Shown: positions 1 through 11,190 of the stretch, one piece after another
How the letters are laid out: each line of letters opens with the position of its first letter
Numbering within the stretch: the stretch's first letter is position 1
Assembly: GCF_006345805.1 (NCBI RefSeq)
Contig: NC_043007.1
Span: forward strand, 2,914,001-2,978,000
Length of the DNA stretch: 64,000 bases
Direction of reading: 5' to 3'
Origin: Octopus sinensis
Taxonomy: Eukaryota
The notes under the pieces: model-generated
Told to the model about the DNA's origin: nothing
Seen by the model: only the letters and a program-made list of their open reading frames with translations
Databases searched by the model: none
Translations under genes and position numbers: made by a program

Positions 1-1153
1 AGGTTAGTTAACTTTAGATTTAAAAAAGGCTTTTCGTTTCTATTAGGTTAATTAGTACATAATAATTATGTTTACAAAATATCTAATTGAGGTTTCTTGA
101 ACCCGGACTTATTTGGTTACACCTAAATGCGGTCTTCCAAAGTGATAAAAGTCCCCACGCTTGACATAAACCAGCCCTTTAATTTTTTGACCACGAAAGA
201 AGTTGCATAGGGCTTTAACTTTAGTCAAACCACAATAGCAAATACGATGTAGCTTAAAGTAGCTTTGCCTAATTACTCATGAGTTAATTCAGGGAAGATT
301 TACAAGATAATAATTATTTCTCCTAATATAATGTCGACAGTTAAAAACCATTGATCCAGATCACGAAGTATCCAGCCCACGATTAACTTGACAATTATAT
401 TTGAAATATATTCAAAATCGATTTGAATTATTGGAATATTATTTCTCATTCAGTGTCAATTTTAATGCAGAACCTAAAAGAAAATAGCTACAAGCATTTG
501 CCTTGATTAATTCTAGAGAAATTAGCATTTTGCGAGTCGTTACTGAAAAAAAATAATACTTGAATATTTTATGTAACCTTTCAGTCGGCAATTATTATAC
601 ATGTAGCTTGGGGAAATGGAATCGAATCATTAGAATTTCAATCAATGACATAATAAACTCCCTTAAGTCATCTATTTACTCCAAGATACTGAAAACTAGG
701 GGCAAGGGTGTTAGTAGTGGAATGAAATAACTTGGTCAAATCTTAGTCGCGGTTAACCAAATTTAATTTGATAATTGATTTAAAATCCGACTTTTTAATG
801 GTTATGATAATTTCGTACAACAACGAGATAACTTCATTTGTTTCTCAAATATACAGTAAGAACAAGGTAAATAAGTCATTCATAACTAACAAATATTCTT
901 TTTATACAGGTTATTTTTAAATGCTTGGTGTTACTGTAACAAGCCAGTTACGGAATCCTAACTCACTTTCCAACATTATATATCAACCATGAAATAAATT
1001 CTTACACAAAAAGTGATACTCATTGCAACATTTCATACTCAATCCCTGAACGTGCTACATTTTAAAAAGCAGACAAGTGTTTCTATATTCCCTGAATTTT
1101 AAGACTTTATGTATCAAGATTTCTTTAGTGTGAACTGTTAAAAATTGACATAC

Positions 1154-1315
1154 GCAGGAGTGGCTGTGTGGTAACTGGCTTGCTTACGAACCACATGGTT
1201 CCGTGTTCAGTTCCACTGCGTGGAATCTTAGGCAAGTGTCTTCTACTAGAGCCTCGAGCCAACTAAAGCCTTGTGAGTGGATTTGGTAGACGGAAACTGA
1301 AAGAAGCCCGTCGTA

Positions 1316-1366
<51 letters not shown>

Positions 1367-1578
1367 ATACGTTTGTGTGTCTGTGTTTGTCCCCACAACA
1401 TCGCTTGACAAGCGATGCTGGTGTGTTTATGTCCCCGTAACTTAGCGGTTCGGCAAAAGAGACCGGTAGAATAAGTACTACGCTTACAAAGAATAAGTCC
1501 TGTGGTCGATTTGCTCGACTAAAGACGGTGCTCCAGCATGGCCGCATTCAAATGTCTGAAACAAGTAAAAGAGAGATA
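1154..1578 (+). mobile_element. tRNA-headed SINE, family with internal (TA)/(TG) microsatellite
   Basis: Head gcaggagtggctgtgtggtaa with B-box-like gttcagttcc, central (TA)n/(TG)n, tail ...actgaaacaagtaaaaga. Homologous to 31217-31665 and to degenerate copies at 2682, 53770 and 60465. Confidence 0.85.
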
Positions 1579-2218
1579 CGTTTTAACTGATGTTGTGTGT
1601 TGTTCAATAATTTTTAGATACAATGGTTTCAACCAAAATAACATAACTATAACACACCATTGGATTAAATCTAATCGTAGCTTAAATTTTACACGTGTAC
1701 ATAGCTGCGATGTGGTTGGTTCATTGTAGAATGAAGATTAAATCTTTGTCTAATGTCACAGCTACAATATCTTGGTTAGCATCTGACTTCGGTATCTGAA
1801 TTGCAGGCATTTATCCTCTCCGACTCTTATAGCTAAACCAAGTTTCAACGAAAACAATGGACAACCTGGTGCTTGAGTTTCAGATTTTCCAGAATATGTT
1901 TGTTATCGTAAATCTGGTTCGTTTTCATCAGTTAGGCTTACCTGAGACAAAATTCAAAATATCCGCAACATCGATACCTGTATTCTCGGCTGATAGTACC
2001 AACCATAAACCGAACCGAGATCAGTAAAAAAGCTTTATATAAAAATATTAAAATACAATAGTATCACTTTCCAGCGATTAGCACCGTAAAAGTTGAATTA
2101 TAGATAGGAAATAGGGGTACAACGAGGTACCGATATGTGCTGGAAATAGCAGTCGGTAACCGTACGGCGTTATGTAAAGATTCAATGTATGTATAGCTTT
2201 ACATAGTGTCGCGCGGTT

Positions 2219-2430
2219 ACCTTAGCTATTTCTTCTACTTTAAAAAGGGACTCCCAGAGAAACCAAAATACTTGAAGACAATTCACACCGATCTAATTCC
2301 GAAACGCGCGTCCATGGATGACCAGATATTGATTGATTTTCGTTACTTTTCTCTCTGTCTGTGTGAATTGTTTTCAAGTATTTTGGTTTCTCTGGGAAAC
2401 CCTTTTTAAAGTAGAAGAAATAGCTAAGGT
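2219..2430. mobile_element. 212-bp foldback/MITE-like element
   Basis: 70-bp inverted arms at 2219-2288 and 2361-2430 (67/70 identical by hand count) around a 72-bp spacer. No clear TSD. Confidence 0.7.
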
Positions 2431-2478
2431 TTTGGCTGCTATTTCTAAACTTTGCTGAACCTTAATTATTAAGTATAT

Positions 2479-2511
<33 letters not shown>

Positions 2512-2681
2512 GTACATACACACATATACACATGCACACACACATACATATACATATGACAGGTAATGAAAAATATCGTCATGTTTATTCCATCGTTTTG
2601 CAGGTGCTCCTTCATCTCGTTACCTATAAAATAGATATTACATTGACATTGGCATGTGTATAGCATAAACATCTTTGTAAC

Positions 2682-3024
2682 AGCGTGGCTGTGTGGTAAG
2701 AAGTTTACTTCCCATCCACATGTCTTCGAGCAAATGTTTTCTACTATAGCCTTGGGCTAACCGTTGTATATATATATATATATATATAGATGTGTGTGTG
2801 TGTGAGTGTAAATGTATTTCTACTTCTGTATTGGCTTCCGCAATTGTTTGACAGCCGGCGTTGGTGTGTGTGTCTCCGTAACTTAGCGTTTCAGTAAAAG
2901 GGTCCGGTAGAATAAGTACTAGCCTTAAAACAAAATGGGTGCCGGGATCGATTCGGCCAAAAATAACTCTTCATCGTTGTTTCCCAGCATAGCCTCAACC
3001 TAATGGCCAAAACAACTAACAGAT
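2682..3024 (+). mobile_element. degenerate SINE (family of 1154-1578)
   Basis: gtggctgtgtggtaag head, (TA)/(TG) middle, cgtaacttagcg...gtagaataagtact body. Confidence 0.7.
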
Positions 3025-4721
3025 ATTAGATTGAAATATAAGTGTACACTCATATATACAAGTGTCGACTTCTTTAAGTTTCCGTTGAACAATTCCATTC
3101 ACAGAAGTTTGCTCGGATCGGGACAATATCAAATGACACGTGCCCTAGATGTCACGCACTGGCACTTAACCCGAAAGCAAACTTCTTTAGGCGTGTAATT
3201 AATTTATATAATTTAGGGAAAACGAAATCGTGCCGAAGCGTGAACGTGACTTGTATTTAATACTTACATTATAGTAAATCATATACACTAAAAGTGTTTA
3301 ATAATGTATTACAAAACTAAACAGTACAATCTTTGTACAATATATTTGTAATAATGACAGCTGTAAAATTCACGGCTACCATCTTTTGAAATGGCCTTAT
3401 AAGTAGGACATTATTCTTTCAAATAACAATTCTCTTATTGCAAGTTGCAATTTGCAATGCACTACACAACACTGAACAAATCGTGTTAGAAAAAAAAAAC
3501 GGAACGTTTTAGAGCAGCGCATTTATAGTTTAAAGTACTCCCCCCCCCCCCAGATAATAACGAACAATGATGGAAGCAATATTGATGGTACTTACATACA
3601 CTAAATGCAAAACAAATAGATGAAAAATATTAGAATGAACATTTTTTTTTTCTTATATTAGAACCATTGTTAGATTTAGCGGAGAAGAAAAAGAAGAACG
3701 ATGAGGGGGGGGGGAGAAAAGGAAAGAAGAGCGAGGAAGAGCGTGGCGAGAGAAGGAGAATTGACTTCAGAAGTAACGCCTGAACAGGAAGTGCTCAAAG
3801 GTCCTTGGTTCGGCAAGGTTCATGTTCTAGATTCTCAACCGACCGTAATTGCTTTTTAGTAGAAATGACTCATATATAAGGTATAAAAAACGGATATAAG
3901 GAGAGCCTACGATATACTCGTATAGAGAAATTATTTACTGGCTTTCATTGGTAACTTAGGAACATTTGGCAGCCAACTTTTAGCTATAATGGTATCATGG
4001 TTTTTCTTAACTGTTATTTAATTACTATAGAGATTAAAAATAGGACTTATACTTTCGCTACATATCAACTGTGTCATATCAACTATAAGTTACTTCAACC
4101 ATTTTAAAGAAAGGGATTTTTTTAAAGTTATAAGATTTCATTTTCTTACGTCTGAAATATTATCTTGGTATTATCAAATATAGTTTAAGACCGCTAAAAT
4201 ATAAAGATTTATTGCTTTAGAAAATTAGACCAAAGTGTTAGAAAAAAACATTAATTCAATTTTGTCTATAATAAATTTGAAATAAAGCTATTATATCGAA
4301 CAGCTTAAGAAAACATTCGACAAAAATTTAATCGCAGCTATCTCCATTTTCCATATTAAATAACATTCAACTTCATTTATGATCTCAGACTGCAGTAAAG
4401 ATTATTTTTCCATTCTCTAGTTCAATGATTTTCGCAAAACACGACCTATTTAGAATACCAAGTCTATAAAACAATCTTCTAACTGTAAAAACACGTTCAT
4501 ATCATGTAGACGTACATTGATGCATTTTAATATCACTAATTTTTATTGTAGTAACGAAGTAATTTTCGAATAATATGTATTTTTAGCAGCACAATGTTTC
4601 TGTCTGCACACATATACATATATATCATCCGTCGTAGTAATGACGTTGTTGTTGGAGCAACTTCAGTATTTTAGGGCCGCAAACAGGGGTTATGTAATGG
4701 ATATAATTGATAAACCTCCTC

Positions 4722-5128
4722 GACAAAACAAAACTTCGGAAGAAAACCAAAACCTTCAGATAGGGACTGCCGGACTCTTACGTGAATAGTTAGAAAGGAT
4801 CACAAAAGTACAGCTTCCAAAATTACTACGAACCACCTCGAGAATCCAGTTTCCACAAAAATTGTTCACCGGGAGCTGCACAAAGCCAGATTTCAAGGGA
4901 GGGTTGCAATCGGAAAACCACTATGTTCAAAAACAAAGGTTGCAAAGCGTTTAGAGTGGAGTAAAAACCTACAGAATTGGTCCCTAGAGCAGTGGAGGAA
5001 TGTTATTTTCTCGGATGAGTCATCTTTACCTTATATCCGATCACCGGCCGAGTATATGTGTGGAGACTGCCAAAAGAAGCATTTGATCCATACTGCCTTC
5101 TTCTAACTGTTAAATAGGGAGGAGGATG
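4722..5128 (+). pseudogene. Tc1-family transposase fragment
   Basis: Translates to ...VRKDHKSTASKI...ENPVSTKIVHRELHKARF...KRLEWSKNLQNWSLEQWRNVIFSDES (HTH plus first catalytic D). Same family as 36452-37652. Confidence 0.85.
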
Positions 5129-5152
5129 TGCGTGTTTATATATATATATATA

Positions 5153-5664
5153 CTAGCAGTATCGCCCGGCGTTGCTCGGGTTTGTAAGGGAAAAAACTAT
5201 ATAAGCATTTTTAGAGAGTTATTTCCTTTATAGATGCCAATTCGGGCTTTCTTAGCCATTTCCGTTTTGGTGTCTTCAAGCCATGAAGTCGTTGTTCTAA
5301 AAGAACGCTGGTCTCCTTGACAACGCATTACGACGTTGATTTCCTTAAACCTCCCTTCCCACAGCTTCACGAGGGAGGGAAGAAGGGGGAGAAGCAACAG
5401 GTGCAGGTGTGACCGTGGACGCCAACTCCGCCGCCATCGACACACGAAAAATTATGCATTAAAATGGAATAAAAAATGATGTTAAATTATTTTTAAAATC
5501 GTAGACTCATCGTAGATGCGCGCTAATAGCCAGACGGGCTCGATATAAATCACGACTATAACATACCCGAATTTGGTTAAACTGCACCGCAAAATGTGGG
5601 AGGAGTTAGGAATCTAAATCGTAGGAGACAGACACTCACACAACTAAAGTTTTATATATATAGA
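5153..5664 (-). mobile_element. non-autonomous Helitron
   Basis: On the minus strand: 5' TC start, 3' hairpin cccgagcaacgccggg followed by CTAG, inserted between A and T. Termini are shared with 19378-25502 and 57301-57877. Confidence 0.75.
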
Positions 5665-5708
5665 TATATCTTTATTTATATATATATTTCACACTCATAT
5701 ATACACAT

Positions 5709-5739
<31 letters not shown>

Positions 5740-5760
5740 CATATGTATGTATGTATATAC

Positions 5761-5850
5761 GATCTAAACGTAAAAACCACCTGTCTTTCCTTCCCTGAGC
5801 GCTTACTAATGCTTTGCATGTATCCCGTCCTCGCGTCGTTTTTTGTTGTT
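5761..5850 (+). mobile_element. Penelope-like pseudo-LTR remnant
   Basis: aaacgtaaaaa...tttccttccctgagcgcttactaat...cgtcctcgcg resembles the pLTR at 45481-45697 and 6513-6618. Confidence 0.45.
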
Positions 5851-6299
5851 TCTTATGCTCATTCTTCGTTTTGGGGGGATTTCACATGGGGTTATTTACT
5901 GTCTGTGTTTTATTTTCAAATAGAGCCTGTATCTGAATTGTTCTTGCTTTATGTGATGTATAACATTTCGAAATGTGACTCAGATACTAACGGAATTAAA
6001 TATCACTTATTTTTTTTTGTATGTCCTACTTGGAGATTCTGCTAAATCAATAATATATATCATAGATTCATTCCCTCCTTCCATAATTAATATTAATGAT
6101 TTCGCAAATAACAGATAGGAAGACTAACATTCAATCAACATTTTGGTATGATCTTTAGCCCTAGGTCAACCGCGTGCTGATCTCACATCTAATCAAAATT
6201 GTGCACCACCACCAACTGCATTTCGTACTTTACTTCTGACAAAAACAAAACTAATTTATCATTCGCTCTTTTAAATAATTTGGGCGTAATTTAAGCGAT

Positions 6300-6351
6300 A
6301 GATATGGTGTACATTCACATATACCAATATGTATGTATGTATGTATGTATG

Positions 6352-6383
<32 letters not shown>

Positions 6384-6481
6384 TGTATGTGTGTGTGTGT
6401 ATGTGTGCGTGTGTGAGTGTAGATACATATATATATATATATTTATACTTACATATAAGAGACCAAAGTGTACGTACGCCG

Positions 6482-6516
<35 letters not shown>

Positions 6517-6671
6517 ATCCAAACAAGAAAGCGAGGACGTGGAACAATATAGTATTATTGGACGCTCAGGAAAGAGCTCTTCGTCGGAAACATAAGAGTA
6601 GGGAAGACAGAGGAAAATATATATATGTGTGTGTGTGTGTGTCTTATATATATATATTTTTATATATACAT

Positions 6672-6710
<39 letters not shown>

Positions 6711-6800
6711 CATATATTATATATATATGTATATATATATATATATTATATTATATATATATATATATATATATACATATATATATGTTATATATATATG

Positions 6801-6859
<59 letters not shown>

Positions 6860-6866
6860 GATTATG

Positions 6867-6943
<77 letters not shown>

Positions 6944-7057
6944 GTTATCCGTAATGAAGAAATAGCTATAACCCTTTGACTGCTATTTCTAAATTCGGTA
7001 TGTGGTAAGGCAATTCGTTGCTAACCCTTATTGCTATGTATATAATATATTAATATA

Positions 7058-7088
<31 letters not shown>

Positions 7089-7150
7089 TATAATATATAT
7101 ATGTATGTATGTATATATATATGTATGTATATATATATATATATATATAT
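6300..7150. repeat. compound (TATG)n/(TG)n/(TA)n microsatellite with short inserts
   Basis: Seen directly. Confidence 0.95.
6513..6618 (-). mobile_element. internally deleted Penelope-like pseudo-LTR remnant in (TA)n
   Basis: Minus strand tttccgacgaagagctc|tttcctgagcgtccaataatac: 5' half of a hammerhead-like core joined to the same downstream motif as 45481-45697. Confidence 0.55.
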
Positions 7151-8460
7151 ATAATTTCAACAATTGAGGGTAAAATTATTAATTATTAATCAATTTCACC
7201 AAGTATTCAGTATGCAAAGGGACCATTTAAGGCGAATTCAAAATTACTTATATAAAGGGCTTAGTAAAATAAATTACTTTGCCGCATACTGAACTCATTA
7301 GAAATAGTAGCTAAAAAAACTTTTTTAACTATTTCTAATACTTAAAGAAAACCTCTCTCATATAGTGTTTGCTCAATTCACTCACGAAAGTATGGGGGTA
7401 AAGACATTAAAAAATCAATGCAAAGGTTATTTGAGAACGTACGTTTCAAGATTAGTCAACTCGACATTTCTATCATCAGCTCAGAACTCCTTGGTTTGGA
7501 TTTGAAAACACTGAAAGTGGGAGCATACCCTTTCGGCTTCTTATCGCTTCTGAAGATCTGCTCGAAACTAACAGTGCCAGCAAACTCAAATGCAAGCGAA
7601 GAATTTCTGCTCTCCCCTTTCTACCCAGCGTGGTTAAAATCAGCAAACACTATGCTTTTTCGGTAAAATTCGAGCATTAAATAGAGAGAGATGAATTATA
7701 ATTTCAACAATTGAGGGTAAAATTAATTAATTATTAATCAATTTCACCAAGTATTCAGTATGCAAAGGGACCATTAAGGCGAATTCAAATTATTACGTTA
7801 TATAAAAGGGCTTAGTAAAATAAATTACTTTGCCGCATACTGAACTCATTAGAAATAGTAGCTAAAAAAACTTTTTTAAAACTATTTCTAATACTTAAAG
7901 AAAACCTCTCTCATATAGTGTTTGCTCAATTCAACTCACGAAAGTATGGGGGTAAAGACATTAAAAATAAATGCAAAGGTTATTGAGACGTACGTTTCAA
8001 GATTAGTCAACTCGACATTTCTTCATCATCACTCAGAACTCCTTGGTTTGATTTGAAAACACTGAAAGTGGGAGCATACCCTTTCGGCTTCTTATCGCTT
8101 CTGAATCTGCTCGAAACTAACAGTGCCAGCAAACTCAAATATGCAAGCGAAGAATTTCTGCTCTCCCCTTTCCACCAAGGGTATGCTCCCACTTTCAGTG
8201 TTTTCATATCCAAACCAAGGAGTTCTGAGCTGATGATAGAAATGTCGAGTTGACTATCTTGAACGTACGTTCTCAAATAACCTTTGCATTTGATTTTTTA
8301 ATGTCTTTACCCCCATACTTTCGTGAGTTGAATTGAGCAACACATATATGAGAGAGGTTTTCTTTAAGTATGAAATAGTTTTAAAAAGGTTTTTTTTAGC
8401 TACTATTTCTAATGAGTTCAGTATGCGGCAAAGTAATTTATTTTACTAAGCCCTTTTATA
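7151..8460. repeat. tandem plus inverted repeat block in (TA)n (Penelope pLTR-like architecture)
   Basis: 547-bp unit 7151-7697, partial second copy 7698-8176, then an inverted copy 8177-8460 that mirrors 7801-8083. Confidence 0.85.
7432..7483 (-). ncRNA. type I hammerhead ribozyme-like motif
   Basis: Minus strand: ugag CUGAUGA uagaaaugucgaguugacuaaucuu GAAA cguacg UU cuca. Helix I is 4 bp, helix III is palindromic (aacguacguu), and the stem II closing pair is non-canonical. Confidence 0.5.
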
Positions 8461-8496
8461 TAATATATATATATATATATATATAATATAGAATAT

Positions 8497-8527
<31 letters not shown>

Positions 8528-8556
8528 CATACATATTATATATATATAATATATAT

Positions 8557-8589
<33 letters not shown>

Positions 8590-8624
8590 CATACATATAT
8601 TATATAATATATATAATATATACA

Positions 8625-8672
<48 letters not shown>

Positions 8673-9076
8673 CATACACATACATACACACATGCTTATA
8701 CATCATTCTGCCACATACACAAACGCCTATATTGTGCAAATAAATCGGTTATAGAAATGGAACAGTTATAGATTTAAAGTAAGGAACTTACAAAATTTCC
8801 GTTAAAGCATTTACCTATTTATGATTAAGCTAATTCTTCTATAGAGTCTTTGTAAAAATTTAGAAGCATCTTTACGTATGTAAACGGATTTGATTATTCT
8901 TCAAAAACTTCGAATTATTAATGAAGCGGAAACAGCTGTTAATTTAGGAAATGTGTCATTTGTTTGTATAAAATATTTAGATTGAATTGAATTGGTAATT
9001 GTTCGATTTATTATTTTGTTTGTCCATTTCTGATTTATATTATTATTATTATTATTATTATTATATTATTATTATT

Positions 9077-9635
9077 GAGTGAGCGAGCAGAGCATGCCAC
9101 CAAAGTGACACTGGGGTAAAATATACGAAGCCCAGTATACCCATCATGACTACCCGTCTGATAAGGGTACACCAGGCACATGCATCACAACCATATGTGC
9201 GCGACATGGTGATCTCATATCAAGATAAACAGCGTATGACCTTGCAGGTGGAGCCCAGTTAGAATTTTCTTCAGATCGAGTAACCCATCCCGCTCAAAAG
9301 GTCCCTGAATAAGGGTTGTTTAAGGACGTTGAACGAAACACCCATGTTTCCAGAGGTGAATTATTCAAACCCCAAAGAATCCTTCTCAACACATGGCTAT
9401 GATGCTCCCCCACTACTTCTGCTCGTGATCAGAGATGCACACGTCGTCAGCCACTAAGGGACATGCTCAACTGGTTAAGGTCAAACAACTGACAAGCAAA
9501 TCTGTGGTATTGAGCAGAATATTTGCTGTATTTGCCCATCTTTTATACCAAGACAAAACAATGTACATGATAACACTTCCAATCAGTTAAGATCAGAAGC
9601 CATGAGAGCCACTGCCTGGTACTGCATCAGGGCAT
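9077..9635 (-). mobile_element. ~560-bp non-coding interspersed element in (TAA)n, full-length copy
   Basis: Near-identical copies at 32543, 33054, 43701 and 9976; both ends abut ATT arrays. Confidence 0.85.
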
Positions 9636-9703
9636 TTATTATTATTATTATTAATATTATTATTATTATTTCTTTTTTATATTATTAATATTATTATTAT
9701 TAT

Positions 9704-10241
9704 TTCTTTTTATCACAGGTTTTCTTGCTACTCCTGGAGTTTTCTATGTGTAGCCGGGTATTTATCTGTAGCTTACGATACAAAGCTATCCATTCTTTTC
9801 TGCTATCTTATTTCATAATTATTCTGGCGGTGCCAAGGAGGCAAAATCGTTGTAGCAGTTCTAATGGGCACTCTATTTCAATTTCCTCGATACTCCTCTT
9901 GATGCTTTCTGTTACTATTCCCAAGGACCCAACAATAACGGGTACTATCTTCACCTTCATTTTCCATAATCGGACCCCAAACAATTCCTCTCAACACATG
10001 GCTATTAATGCTCCCCCACTACTTCTGCTTGTGATCAGAGATACACATATCGTCAGCTACCAAGAGACATGCTCAACTGGTTAAGGTCAAACAACTGACA
10101 AGCAAATCTGTGGTATTGAGCAGAATATTTGCTGTATTTGCCCATTTTTTATACCAAGACAAAACAATGGACATGATAACACTCCCAATCAGTTAAGATC
10201 AGAAGCCATGAGAGCCACAGCCTGGTACTGCATCAGGGCAT
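9704..10241 (-). mobile_element. chimera: 5' ~265 nt of the 560-bp element fused to an R4/Dong-like LINE 3' end
   Basis: 10241-9976 matches the element start. 9975-9808 reads VRLWKMKVKIVPVIVGSLGIVTESIKRSIEEIEIECPLELLQRFCLLGTARIIMK*, followed by a 3' UTR and (AAT)n. Confidence 0.8.
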
Positions 10242-11029
10242 TTATTATTATTATTATTATTATTATATTGTTGTTGTTGTTGTTGTTGTCATTATTAATT
10301 TTGTTGCTACTTTGTATCTTCGGTAACATCCAAGTGTAATTTAGGGATCTCAAGGAAGAGTATGTTGCACGTTTTACGGTCGTTATTTTTCACGATTAGC
10401 CATAATATATTGCAGAGTATGTAGACCAAGAACAGAGAATTTATACCTAACAGCAATAACAACGGAGACGAGTCCTGGCAGAATCATTAGCGTGTTTTGG
10501 AAAACAGGTTAGCAACATTTTGTCCGTCTTTATATTCTTAGATGAAATTTCACCATGGTCGACTTTACCTTTCGTCATTTCAAAGTCGATAAAATAAGAA
10601 CCAGTCAAGTACAGGAGACATTGTAATCTTTTTCTCTTAAAGCTTATGTCCCTGCGCCAAGATGTGAAACCATAATTATGTTTTGAAGTTTCTGTAATTT
10701 ACACGAGTTGAGACCAAATTCCAACCAGAGACTTATTTCTTAGTGCCATAGCATTAGATGGCATTACCTTGAGCTAAGTAGATTAGATCTCATGGAAGTA
10801 ATTATTATGGTAAAAAAAAGTTCGTGACATAAGGATATTACATTCTATCTTGTTTGCTGTTTGATCAAATTAGTTATTCTTTCAGCAGAATTAATCAATT
10901 AATTGACTGTTTTTCTATCATTATTAAACAATCACTTTGAAGTATTATTTTATGATTTGTCAATTCTTCAATTTAAGCAGAAACTGCAATATATATATAT
11001 ATATATATATATATGAGTGTGTGGGTGTG

Positions 11030-11066
<37 letters not shown>

Positions 11067-11083
11067 ATATATATATTTGTGTG

Positions 11084-11114
<31 letters not shown>

Positions 11115-11135
11115 TTATACACACACAGACCAGAC

Positions 11136-11151
11136 AGATAGATAGATAGAT

Positions 11152-11190
<39 letters not shown>
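11136..11190. repeat. (GATA)n microsatellite at the LINE 3' flank
   Basis: Seen directly. Confidence 0.95.

Noticed and set aside
1941-2063. Minus-strand exon ending in cag|gtaag
   Set aside because: Good donor, but no convincing acceptor or recognisable peptide.
6304-6910. ORFs rich in YI/IY/CV, and poly-I/L/N/Y ORFs elsewhere (e.g. 34758-35240, 41413-41797, 44643-45129, 55072-55638)
   Set aside because: These are translations of di- and trinucleotide microsatellites that happen to lack stops.
6945-7010. Hammerhead remnants here and near 47850-47900 and 51110-51172
   Set aside because: Stem II-like hairpins exist but several core positions are wrong; too degenerate to call.
9560-9635. HDV-like ribozyme at the 5' end of the 560-bp element
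   Set aside because: A P3/L3-like ggc-ucucaug-gcu is present, but I found no matching P1 or P2 pairing by hand.
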